Positions 20,290 to 29,478 of a stretch of DNA of 64,000 bases are shown here, in pieces. Under the pieces are notes generated by a model. The model did not search any database, had not been told where the DNA came from, and worked only from the letters and a program-made list of their open reading frames with translations. The position numbers and the translations under genes are program-made. This DNA comes from an uncultured Candidatus Saccharibacteria bacterium (GTDB lineage Bacteria; Patescibacteriota; Andersenbacteria; UBA10190): contig CAYMOF010000001.1 of the NCBI GenBank assembly GCA_964392095.1, positions 12,401-76,400 of the forward strand, given 5' to 3'. How positions within the stretch are numbered: position 1 is the stretch's first letter; each line of letters starts with the position of its first letter.

Positions 20290-21077
20290 TCTCCGCCGTA
20301 ATCACCACCAAAAATAACGCGGACACTCTGAAAAAGTGTTTAGCCGGTCTCTCGTTCTGTAAAGAAATTATTGTCATTGATTCAGGCAGTACCGACCAAA
20401 CCCTGAAAATTGCCGCTCATCACTCCGCTCGTATTTATCACAACAATTGGCCCGGCTACGGCGCCCAAAAAAACTTTGGTCTCTCAAAAGCTAACTGCAA
20501 GTGGTTATTATTTATTGATGCTGACGAGGAAGTAACCAATAAACTAGCACGGGAAATTGTGTCTGTTGTAAATTCACCCCAATATGATTTTTACTGGCTA
20601 AAGATTACTACCGTCTTTCTCGGCAAAAAACTGAACCATCTATACGGTCACAACCTCCGCCTCTTTAAAAAAAGCAAAGGCCTTTGGAATAATTCACCCG
20701 TTCATGAACAGGTTATCGACAGCTCCGGCAATACCTTGAAACTAAAAAAATCACCTTCTGGCCTTGTTCAGGAACCACTTTTACACCATTCTCACAATAC
20801 CGTCTGCTCTTATTTAAAAAAAATGCGCCACTACACATCCCTTGACGCCCGGAAAATGCATGAACACAACACCCACCGCTCCGGCAAAAAAATTAGACCT
20901 TCCTTTTTTTTGCCCACTCGTCTTTTTGCCAGACAGCTAATTAAAATGTTATTTTATCGCCGCGGACTATTTGACGGTTTCGCTGGAATTACATGGTGTC
21001 TCCTCTCTGCCTACTACGAATACGAGCTAGGAAAAAAATACCTTACTCTCATACACCACAACAAATTACCACGCTAA
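20286..21077 (+). CDS. GT2 glycosyltransferase (LPS-core/WaaE-like subfamily)
   Basis: ISAVITTKNNADTLKKCL, IIVIDSGSTDQT, LLFIDADEEV (DXD). ATGA overlap with the upstream gene. Confidence 0.75.
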   Translation: MISAVITTKNNADTLKKCLAGLSFCKEIIVIDSGSTDQTLKIAAHHSARIYHNNWPGYGAQKNFGLSKANCKWLLFIDADEEVTNKLAREIVSVVNSPQYDFYWLKITTVFLGKKLNHLYGHNLRLFKKSKGLWNNSPVHEQVIDSSGNTLKLKKSPSGLVQEPLLHHSHNTVCSYLKKMRHYTSLDARKMHEHNTHRSGKKIRPSFFLPTRLFARQLIKMLFYRRGLFDGFAGITWCLLSAYYEYELGKKYLTLIHHNKLPR

Positions 21078-21109
21078 TTTCCACTTTCTAGTTTCTATAT
21101 TCGAATCTC

Positions 21110-22252
21110 ATGCGCATAATTCACACTTGTCTGCGCTACCCCCCTGCTCTGGGAGGAGCCGAAAACTACATTAAGAACATTGTCACCAGAACCCGAGACA
21201 TTGACACCGGCCGCGACGTGCGTGTCCTTTCCAGCAAACTCAAAACCCATTCGCCCATCTCTGTTCTGAATAACAAAGACCTGTCCAAAGATCCTGTTTA
21301 CATCCAAAGACTCCACCACCTAAAAACCCCGTTTATTTCTTACCCTCGACTACAATCTCTGCCTTATTATTTAAAACATCATCAACCTGACATAATCCAC
21401 TCCTACGGTTTTTGGTACCAGCCCGCCGATACCACTGCCCGCTTCGCTTCTAAACACAAACTGCCTTTTATCTTTCATCCTATATATTATGAAAACCGCG
21501 TCAGGAAAAAATTTATTTGGCAAACATACAAAAAAACCATAGGCTACAAAACCTTTGCCGCCGCGTCAGTTGTTGTAGTTATCTCTCCTCAAGAACAAAA
21601 ACTAATCGAAAAAAACAATTTTCCCGTGAAAAAATTCGCCTTGATACCCCCTGGCATAGATATCGCCAGATTCTCAAAAGCTACCCCCAGCTTATACCAA
21701 TCTCGAAAAATAAAAGGAGACATAATTCTCTCTGTCGGTCGTCTGGCTAAATCCAAGGGATTGGAAGACGTAATTGATATACTGCCTAGTCTCATAAAAA
21801 ACCACCCTAACCTTCACTATGTTATTGTCGGCGAAGACTTCGGGCATCAAAATATTCTTCTTAAAAAAACCGAAGGCCTTGGGTTAACCAACCACGTTCA
21901 TTTCTTGGGCAAAATAAATTCCCGAGAACTAATCAGTGCTTACCAGCATGCCAACATCCTAGTTCACCCCTCCTATTATGAAGCCTTTGGAATTGTTTTA
22001 GCTGAAAGCCTGGCGGCCGGCACTCCTGTGATCGCTCGAAATTCCTCCTCTATTCCTTTTGTCTGTCCTCACAACATTGGAGGACAGCTCTTTTCTTCCC
22101 CCAAAGAACTTCTTCATTCTTTAGATACTCTCCTCAAAGAAAAAGACCTGCGAAAAAAATATGGCGCCCAAGGACGCCATTACGTAGCCTCTAATTTCGG
22201 ATGGGATAAGTCAATCAAATCCATTATTGACCTTTACTCCTTTATCAAATAG
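21110..22252 (+). CDS. GT4 glycosyltransferase
   Basis: SYYEAFGIVLAESLAAGTPVIARNSS is the E-x7-E GT4 signature. Confidence 0.8.
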   Translation: MRIIHTCLRYPPALGGAENYIKNIVTRTRDIDTGRDVRVLSSKLKTHSPISVLNNKDLSKDPVYIQRLHHLKTPFISYPRLQSLPYYLKHHQPDIIHSYGFWYQPADTTARFASKHKLPFIFHPIYYENRVRKKFIWQTYKKTIGYKTFAAASVVVVISPQEQKLIEKNNFPVKKFALIPPGIDIARFSKATPSLYQSRKIKGDIILSVGRLAKSKGLEDVIDILPSLIKNHPNLHYVIVGEDFGHQNILLKKTEGLGLTNHVHFLGKINSRELISAYQHANILVHPSYYEAFGIVLAESLAAGTPVIARNSSSIPFVCPHNIGGQLFSSPKELLHSLDTLLKEKDLRKKYGAQGRHYVASNFGWDKSIKSIIDLYSFIK

Positions 22253-22762
22253 TCAAGTAAGCGACAAGCTCTTTTTACCCCCCAGGTTGTCTGCTAATCC
22301 CTCTCCAGACAAGAAAGCGAAGCATTCCTCCATCGGTTGTCCATCCGGATGAATTAGAACATTAGGACGAGCATTAAAATCATCAGCTAATCGCCTAACC
22401 ACCTCTTCAGCCGATGAAGCCAACAACACCACCCTGGGCATAGGCCGACAAGCGAGAAAAACATGCAACAGTCTTTCAACCTGACCGGCAAATCCAGGAT
22501 CAACATCATCAAGCAAAATCCCGTCCATGACCTCGGATAATAATGCTATAGACTCCAAGCATTCGTCCAAGTTAGTAACCTGAGCCCAGCACCTACGCCT
22601 ATTCAGCTCTCTGCACCATTCCGCGATCACGCCACTGTCGTCCGTTTCGGTAACTACCAACACCAGCCTTCGCTCATCCCTTGCCCCGTTCATGATCATC
22701 TCCCTCCCTAATGAAAGTACAAGCAAAGCACAAAAACAAGCCCAGTCTTGTCTTTCTGACAA
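22253..22762 (-). CDS. Hypothetical protein with weak CheY-like receiver-fold pattern (no conserved Lys)
   Basis: Alternating beta/alpha pattern RLVLVVTETDD / GILLDDVDP / RVVLLASS suggests a (pseudo)receiver domain. The true start is probably an internal Met (MIMNGARDE...). Opposite strand to its neighbours. Confidence 0.3.
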   Translation of the reverse strand: MSERQDWACFCALLVLSLGREMIMNGARDERRLVLVVTETDDSGVIAEWCRELNRRRCWAQVTNLDECLESIALLSEVMDGILLDDVDPGFAGQVERLLHVFLACRPMPRVVLLASSAEEVVRRLADDFNARPNVLIHPDGQPMEECFAFLSGEGLADNLGGKKSLSLT

Positions 22763-22802
22763 AATATGCTACATTCCGGATCGTAATCCCCTTCGTCTCA
22801 TC

Positions 22803-23864
22803 ATGTCAAATCAACCCTCTAAACAACCAAGAATTCTTATAGTCTCACTGTCAGGAATAGGCAACTTGGTTATGCAGTCACCCTCAACTGACCTAATAAA
22901 AAAACATTATCCCCAGTCTCTTATAACTGCCTGGTTAGCCCCCCGTTCGACTAAGCAGATCGCTCATTGCCTGCCCGCCATCGACCAAATTATAGAAGCG
23001 CCTATTAAACAGCCTCTTACTAATCACCTTTCCCTTATCAGTCAATTTAGGCGTCTGAATTTTTCTACCGGCATAATCATGTCTCCCGGCCAACTGATAA
23101 AAAGCGCTACTTATCTATTTCTTTGCGGAATACCCACCCGGGTTGGCCACAAATATCCACTGGGCAAAAACCCTCAAAGCGGTTTTCTTTTAACCCACGC
23201 CATTAAGGAAAACCCCAACCTTCATGACATCGAACAAAACCTAAAACTCCTGAAGGCCCTAAACATCCCCCTCCCCCAAGAACCAACAACTTATTCGCTA
23301 AACTTGCCCAACCAAGCCAGTCAAAAAGCGGACAATATTTTCGACAACCTAAATATAACCGCTGGTCAGAAAATAATCGGTTTTCATCCCGGATCATCGC
23401 CTGATCACGTTTGGAAAAGATGGCCCAGCCAGAATTTTATTGCCCTTGGCCAACAGCTCGGCAAAAAATTTAATGCCCACATTCTCATTTTCGGCGGCCC
23501 CCAGGAAGAAAAATTAAAAAATAAGATTGTAAGATCAATTGGTCTTACTCACGCTTCATCAATCTCATCAAGCCTGCTGATTTCCGCCGCGTTAATTAAA
23601 AAATGCGGACTCTTTATTTCTAATGATTCAGGCCTTATGCACCTGGCCGCCGCTCTAAACACACCCACCTTAGGACTGTTTGGTCCAACCAATGAAAAGC
23701 ATACCGGCCCTCGCGGCCATAAAAGCTTCACTATTCGCGCTCCGAAAACATCACCCTCTTATAACACCGAAAAAAACTATCGCCTGGGCTCAAACCCCCA
23801 TCCTGATATCAAGACCCTTAAGGTTAACCACGTACTGGAAAAAATTAATTCGATTAACTTCTAG
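22803..23864 (+). CDS. GT9 family glycosyltransferase (heptosyltransferase-like)
   Basis: ILIVSLSGIGNLVMQSPSTDLIKKHYPQSLITAW and GLFISNDSGLMHLAAALNTPTLGLFGPT are textbook GT9 motifs. Start moved to the ATG at 22803, since the track ORF begins at 22692 inside the convergent gene. Confidence 0.75.
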   Translation: MSNQPSKQPRILIVSLSGIGNLVMQSPSTDLIKKHYPQSLITAWLAPRSTKQIAHCLPAIDQIIEAPIKQPLTNHLSLISQFRRLNFSTGIIMSPGQLIKSATYLFLCGIPTRVGHKYPLGKNPQSGFLLTHAIKENPNLHDIEQNLKLLKALNIPLPQEPTTYSLNLPNQASQKADNIFDNLNITAGQKIIGFHPGSSPDHVWKRWPSQNFIALGQQLGKKFNAHILIFGGPQEEKLKNKIVRSIGLTHASSISSSLLISAALIKKCGLFISNDSGLMHLAAALNTPTLGLFGPTNEKHTGPRGHKSFTIRAPKTSPSYNTEKNYRLGSNPHPDIKTLKVNHVLEKINSINF

Positions 23865-25077
23865 ATCTTAACATCCGCTTATAAACACACTCATATTGAG
23901 CACAAACAGCCTCCTGATTAAGATTAGAAATCGCCCAATCATGGGCCTTTTTACCAATATTTTCTTTTTCTTCTTCAGTCATTTCTACGACTCGGCAAAT
24001 TTTCTCTGACAAATCACTCGCCACACCTCTTTTAAACAACCAGCCTGACACTCCGTCTTGTATCATCTCACTAGGTCCGCCCCTATCAGCGGCTACCACC
24101 ACCTTACCCCTAGCCATGGCTTCAGCAACTGTTCTCCCAAAAGGTTCTATCCATAAATGAGGGGCTACTACAGTCTCCGCCTCGTCATAAAAACTAATCA
24201 GCTTCCGGTGAGGAATCCTGCCAACAAAATTAACGTTCTTATCCAAACCCGTTTTATTTACCAAACTCACATAATCACTCTTTTGCGCCCCCTCGCCGAC
24301 TATCTTAAGACTGGCCTCCGGACACTTTTCCAGCACTTCTGTCCAAGCGCTAATCAATAACCCCACCCCTTTGTAATCTTCAACAGTGCCCACATACAAA
24401 ACTTGACCTCGTTTGCCTTTTTTACAAGGCAAGTTCAAATAATCTCTGCTCACGGGATTATAAACAACATACTTGCTGATATCAGACAAGTCCTGCTGAT
24501 CCTCTATTTCCTTCTTTTGAGCATTAGAAATAAAAACCTGGGTTTTTATTTTGCTAAAAGCTTTTTTTCTGTACAAAAAGTTGTACTTATACTGCCATAA
24601 ACGAAACGGCTTTCTTGCCAAAGAAGCTTCTCTAATTCTCTGCGTCTTTAACAAATCACCCAAACTGCAACTGCACCTGTCCCCGCTATAAATTACATTA
24701 TTAGTAGTGCCACACACCTGCGCATAATCTCTTGCCGTAACCATCGCATTTTTGCAACCTAGTTCCGACAAGGCCATAGCGCTTCGAAAGTCATGAGCAT
24801 GAATAGCATCAAAAGCATCAACATTAAACGCCCCACCTATCGCCCCTGCTATCCTCTTGCTTTCTTTCTTCTCAAACAATGGTTTAGCCGTCAACCCCAG
24901 CGGCATCATGTTTACCTCGACGCCATCAACATCAACGGTTTTTCTTGTCTCACCCTCGGTAATTACAACAACGTTATGTCCTTGATGCACTAACCCTTCC
25001 GCCAACAACCTCGTCGATATTTCGGCTCCACCTCTCACATTAGGCGGATAATAAGCCGATAAAAACAATATTTTCAT
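23854..25077 (-). CDS. GT4 glycosyltransferase
   Basis: MKILFLSAYYPPNVRGGAEI... and EPFGRTVAEAMARGKVVVAADRGGPSEM. The 3' end overlaps the convergent GT9 by 11 nt. Confidence 0.8.
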   Translation of the reverse strand: MKILFLSAYYPPNVRGGAEISTRLLAEGLVHQGHNVVVITEGETRKTVDVDGVEVNMMPLGLTAKPLFEKKESKRIAGAIGGAFNVDAFDAIHAHDFRSAMALSELGCKNAMVTARDYAQVCGTTNNVIYSGDRCSCSLGDLLKTQRIREASLARKPFRLWQYKYNFLYRKKAFSKIKTQVFISNAQKKEIEDQQDLSDISKYVVYNPVSRDYLNLPCKKGKRGQVLYVGTVEDYKGVGLLISAWTEVLEKCPEASLKIVGEGAQKSDYVSLVNKTGLDKNVNFVGRIPHRKLISFYDEAETVVAPHLWIEPFGRTVAEAMARGKVVVAADRGGPSEMIQDGVSGWLFKRGVASDLSEKICRVVEMTEEEKENIGKKAHDWAISNLNQEAVCAQYECVYKRMLRSRS

Positions 25078-25172
25078 ATAATAATTCTAATATGGTAAAA
25101 TTTCTTTCTATAACCCACAATAAGCACTTTCGCTATTTGAATTATGCACATAATATCTAAATAACCAAGCCC

Positions 25173-25940
25173 ATGGTTATTAATTCCTTTAAAAAACAAT
25201 GCAAGCGGTCAATCAACCGTTTTAAAAACAGGGTTTTACCTATAAGCTACATTAAAAATGGAATTCTTTTGTGGGAGGGTTTCGCCTTTTGTGCCCTGCT
25301 GGACCTATTTAATATAGACATGATTATCGAATCCGGCATCGCCGGTGGTCGGTCAACAGAAATATTCGCCCGTTATTTTAAAGGGCCAATCATTGCTATC
25401 GACAATGCCGATTACTATGGCCTAAAGCGCTTCAACGAAACTAAGTTACGTCTTTCGCGCTATCAAAACGTTTCCTGCTTAAACACCGATTCCATTTTTG
25501 CCATGCCCAAACTCATATCGCAAAACCCGAATAAATCCATCGCCCTTTTCATAGATGGACCTAAAGGTCTTAAGGCTATCAGATTATCACAACGATGCTT
25601 TGCCTTTTCCAATGTTAAATTTGTCGGCATCCATGACCAATGCAAAGACTCATATCACCAGATGGATCGATGGGAAAAAACCTTCTTTTACACAGACAGT
25701 CACTGGTTTATCGAAAAATATTCCCATCTGGATCGCGATTTGTCCGACCAGTCTCTACAAAAAGAATTAAATGACAATCCTAACGGACCCGGGGTGGGCT
25801 TCGCCCTTAACGATAAAGTGCCTTCAAAAAATGGAATCTTGCTCAAGGCTGATTATCAAATTCTAAAAACCCAAGCCCTAATAGATCATCAAATTGCCCA
25901 TGCCGGATCAGTTTTGCGACGTTTTTCAAAAATCGCCTAG
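25173..25940 (+). CDS. Putative SAM-dependent O-methyltransferase (TylF/MycF-like)
   Basis: IIESGIAGGRSTEIFARYF...IIAIDNADYYG and ALFIDGPKG resemble the TylF-family Rossmann and metal-binding motifs. Weak. Confidence 0.35.
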   Translation: MVINSFKKQCKRSINRFKNRVLPISYIKNGILLWEGFAFCALLDLFNIDMIIESGIAGGRSTEIFARYFKGPIIAIDNADYYGLKRFNETKLRLSRYQNVSCLNTDSIFAMPKLISQNPNKSIALFIDGPKGLKAIRLSQRCFAFSNVKFVGIHDQCKDSYHQMDRWEKTFFYTDSHWFIEKYSHLDRDLSDQSLQKELNDNPNGPGVGFALNDKVPSKNGILLKADYQILKTQALIDHQIAHAGSVLRRFSKIA

Positions 25941-25973
25941 CCTTCAAAGAATATATCTAAATTTTTTACAAAA

Positions 25974-27155
25974 CTATTTTGGCCCTAAGTCCAAAATAGA
26001 CTCATAAACCCGCTTTACCGCCTCGGCCTTATTTTTCCAGACAAACAACTTAACCCTTTCCAAGCCTCGCCTTTTATACTCATCAGCTTTTTCTTTATTC
26101 TCTAAAAATTCTCTTACTGATCCCGCCATTCCCGCTATGTCATCAGGATCAAAAGTAGCCGCCGCCTTCTTCCCATACCCACCATCGTCGCCTACCACCT
26201 CCGGCAAGGAAGTGGAGTTTGAACAAACCACCGGCGTTCCGCAAGCCATCGCCTGTAAAGGTGGCAGCCCAAACCCTTCAAAACGAGAAGGAAAAATTAA
26301 GACATCAGCCAAATTATACACCTCGTTCAATTTCTCTTGAGACACATTGCCCACAAACCTAACCTCATCTCTTATTCCTAATTTATCTATTTCTTTTAGC
26401 AGTTCCTCCCGTCCTCTTAAGATTCCCGGCTCCCCTACTTTCAGCCAAATAACATCTTTTTGTTTACTAACAACTTCGCTTACGACTCGCGCCGCGCCCA
26501 TTACATTCTTACGAGGATGATCAGACCCCACATACAAAATAATTTTGCTGTCATCTGACACCTTATACTCTGTCTTTAAAGATTGACATCCCACTGTATA
26601 TTCAAAATTATCAATTTCGTAAAAATCATCGGCTCCATTATAAACAACTTCGATTAAGCTTCGATCAACCCCGTAATAATCAGTGATTGTTTCGGCCGTA
26701 TAGTGAGACACTGCTACTAATTTATCCGTCCTAGCAATCCCGCTATACAAATATCTGTTTAGCCAATACGCTTTTTTGTCTTGCGGCTCCAGCAACTCTA
26801 TTAAGTCATGAATTGTCAGAACACTCGGCCTTAAGCCTTTCGCCATAAAACTTAATGTCTGGTTGGTAAAATGATACAAGCCATAACCTTGATCTCCTGC
26901 TTCTTTTACCAAACGTTTACCCAGTCTTACCCAGTTAACGCTTTTGTTGTTTAATAAACCAGGCCAAGCATCAATTCGTGAAATTGTCTGCCCCTGTTCA
27001 TTCTTCAAACACCTTTCTATTCCATCAATCTCATATCTTTCCAAATTCATTTCTTTTCCTTTCAACTCCCCATAAATTTTCCGCGCCCGATAACCGACCG
27101 CCGTACGGGAAGATGAATTCATCACATAAGCCAATTTTAACTTAACTTCCTTCAT
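25974..27155 (-). CDS. GT4 glycosyltransferase
   Basis: [31 protein letters not shown]. Confidence 0.8.
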   Translation of the reverse strand: MKEVKLKLAYVMNSSSRTAVGYRARKIYGELKGKEMNLERYEIDGIERCLKNEQGQTISRIDAWPGLLNNKSVNWVRLGKRLVKEAGDQGYGLYHFTNQTLSFMAKGLRPSVLTIHDLIELLEPQDKKAYWLNRYLYSGIARTDKLVAVSHYTAETITDYYGVDRSLIEVVYNGADDFYEIDNFEYTVGCQSLKTEYKVSDDSKIILYVGSDHPRKNVMGAARVVSEVVSKQKDVIWLKVGEPGILRGREELLKEIDKLGIRDEVRFVGNVSQEKLNEVYNLADVLIFPSRFEGFGLPPLQAMACGTPVVCSNSTSLPEVVGDDGGYGKKAAATFDPDDIAGMAGSVREFLENKEKADEYKRRGLERVKLFVWKNKAEAVKRVYESILDLGPK

Positions 27156-27178
27156 AATAAGAACTTCGTAGATAAAAA

Positions 27179-28315
27179 TTATCTCCTTTTGCTCAAAACC
27201 TTTTTATATACCTGCACCGTTTCTTCGGCTACTTCCTGCCAAGTTCTTTTTCCAGCCTGTTTTATTCCGGCCCTAGACATATTTTTCCTCTTTTTATTAT
27301 CCGTCAAAACCAGCAACATCCTGTCGGCCAATTCGCTTTCAAACGCCTCGTCCGCAACCCGCTCGCTTACCCCGCCAACGGAAAACTTTACCACCTCTCC
27401 AGCCCCACCAACCACTTCGGGCAAAGCCCCGCCGTCACTAACAATCACCGGAACACCAGCCGACATCGCTTCTTGAGGAGGGAAGCCCCAACCCTCATAA
27501 ACAGAAGGCCACACAAATAAATCAGCTCCTTTATACAACCCCGGCAACTCCTTGTCTCTCACCAAGCCAACCTGTTTTATCCGGTCACTGAAAGCACTGC
27601 TCTTTATTTCTTTTTTTACTTCCTCTACTCCCTTGTAACCTCGCCCCGCTATCACCAATTCATGAGGGACTTTATCGGCTATCCGACTGTAAGCCCTAAC
27701 CAGAGCGGGAATGTTTTTTCTCGGCTCAATCGTTCCTAAGAACAAAATATAAGGATTTTTCTGTCTGCCCTCCTCACGACCGCCCAAATAAACACCGGGG
27801 GACAAAAAATTTGTAGCCGCTAAAGCAGTCACGGTTATCTTTTCTTCCGGCACATCAAGACGGTCTATTATGTCCTTTTTACTCTGTTCTGAAATAGTAA
27901 TTATATGATCGCTTACTCGAGCCGCCCACCTTAAAACAAAAGGCCAAACTTTTCTCTTCAACATTTTTTGGGAATCCGGAAAGAGTATCGGTATAACATC
28001 ATATATTGTTGTCACTGTGGGAAAATCAACCCTTCCGGGAGCTTGCGCTTTTGTGTAATGGACCAGATCGGGACTGGTTACCCTTAACGCTTTCGACAAC
28101 CGCACATTTATCCACCACCACAACATTAAATCTCCGCGCCTTTCAACAACCACTTCTTCAACCCCCTTAAACCCTCTTTTTCCCCTTTGAGAATCATAAA
28201 AGACACACATCTCAAAATCATGCGTCTTCAACATAGCAGGTACCAAGTTCTCTACATATCTCTTCACACCTCCACTAGAACCCGTCGCCGCCCTTGCTTC
28301 AACAGCAATCTTCAT
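27179..28315 (-). CDS. GT4 glycosyltransferase
   Basis: YEGWGFPPQEAMSAGVPVIVSDGGALPEVVG. 4-nt overlap with the downstream gene. Confidence 0.75.
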   Translation of the reverse strand: MKIAVEARAATGSSGGVKRYVENLVPAMLKTHDFEMCVFYDSQRGKRGFKGVEEVVVERRGDLMLWWWINVRLSKALRVTSPDLVHYTKAQAPGRVDFPTVTTIYDVIPILFPDSQKMLKRKVWPFVLRWAARVSDHIITISEQSKKDIIDRLDVPEEKITVTALAATNFLSPGVYLGGREEGRQKNPYILFLGTIEPRKNIPALVRAYSRIADKVPHELVIAGRGYKGVEEVKKEIKSSAFSDRIKQVGLVRDKELPGLYKGADLFVWPSVYEGWGFPPQEAMSAGVPVIVSDGGALPEVVGGAGEVVKFSVGGVSERVADEAFESELADRMLLVLTDNKKRKNMSRAGIKQAGKRTWQEVAEETVQVYKKVLSKRR

Positions 28316-29472
28316 ACACTTTTCTTCAAAACATTATTTATAACCTGCTCAAACCGACCCGTAGTTTCTCCCAAATAATACTTACCAACTTCTCTTTTAT
28401 TGTTCTCGCCCATCATTCTTCTTGCTTCTTCGTCTTTCATAATCTTTATCAGAATGTTTCTTATTCCCTTAGCATCTCCTGGAGAAACCAACAGAGCATT
28501 CTTTCCCTCTCGCAAGAAATCATTCTGACCTCCTACCCGAGTCGCTACAATTGGCAGACCCGACTCCATAGCCTCCAAAAAAACTATTCCAAAGCCTTCA
28601 TGCTTAGCCGCCGATACATACACGTCAGCAACTCCCAAAATCTGCCATTTCTTTTTCTCCGACACCCTGCCTAAAATTTTAATTCTATTCTCCAATCCTC
28701 TATTTTGTACTATTTCTTCGAGTCTTCTTTTCTCCTGCCCTCCCCCTATAATTACCAGTTCAACTCCCTCCACTCTCTCACAAGCCTCAATTAAAGTATC
28801 AAACCCTTTCCTGGGAATAAGTCTACCCACCGAAACACACAAAAACTTATCTTTCTTGAAACCCAATTCCCCTCTGGTCTTTTTTTTAAAATCTCGTCTT
28901 AACAAACCTATATGAACCACTTCGATATCTTTTTTAACCCCATGTAATCTCTGGGCTCTTATTTTAGTATCTTCTGATATAGCCGTGCGCGCGTCCGCCC
29001 CACTAGCTATCAGCCTGACTAAACACCTCATAAACCAATGTTTGTGCGGCGACGTTCCTTTGGTTGGATCATATAAATCACCCCCGATAAAACTCAAAAT
29101 AAAGGGGGTTCGAAATATCTTGGCCAAAATCAATCCTGTTAAACCGGAAGGCAAAACAAACTGCGCATTTATTACATCAAATCTGTTCTTTATACACACT
29201 TTTACCCCAGCCACCAAAGAAGCAGGAACAAAGCTAACCATAGATAAAAGAGATGCGGTAGTCAGCTTTTTCCTATTCATCACCCGTACTCTCCATATAT
29301 TTACTCCTCTTTTTTTTTCTTCGGAAAGCAGACCCTTAAACCAGGTAGTAATAACGTGCACTTCGTTGTCTTTCGCTAATTCTTCTGCCATTTGCTGTGT
29401 CGCCACTCCGCCTCCACCACCCAAGGGCGGATACTCGAAATTAATGATTAATATTTTCTTTAGTTCGCTCAT
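28312..29472 (-). CDS. GT4 glycosyltransferase
   Basis: ILIINFEYPPLGGGGGVATQ... and HEGFGIVFLEAMESGLPIVATRVGGQ. The sense strand contains an A9 tract (top-strand T9 at 29310-29318). Confidence 0.8.
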   Translation of the reverse strand: MSELKKILIINFEYPPLGGGGGVATQQMAEELAKDNEVHVITTWFKGLLSEEKKRGVNIWRVRVMNRKKLTTASLLSMVSFVPASLVAGVKVCIKNRFDVINAQFVLPSGLTGLILAKIFRTPFILSFIGGDLYDPTKGTSPHKHWFMRCLVRLIASGADARTAISEDTKIRAQRLHGVKKDIEVVHIGLLRRDFKKKTRGELGFKKDKFLCVSVGRLIPRKGFDTLIEACERVEGVELVIIGGGQEKRRLEEIVQNRGLENRIKILGRVSEKKKWQILGVADVYVSAAKHEGFGIVFLEAMESGLPIVATRVGGQNDFLREGKNALLVSPGDAKGIRNILIKIMKDEEARRMMGENNKREVGKYYLGETTGRFEQVINNVLKKSV

Positions 29473-29478
29473 TGATTT

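Noticed and set aside
22253-22762. Suspected compositionally foreign island
   Set aside because: Hand count gives ~45% GC and a modest skew, consistent with other minus-strand genes in the window. The apparent richness reflects the strand asymmetry.
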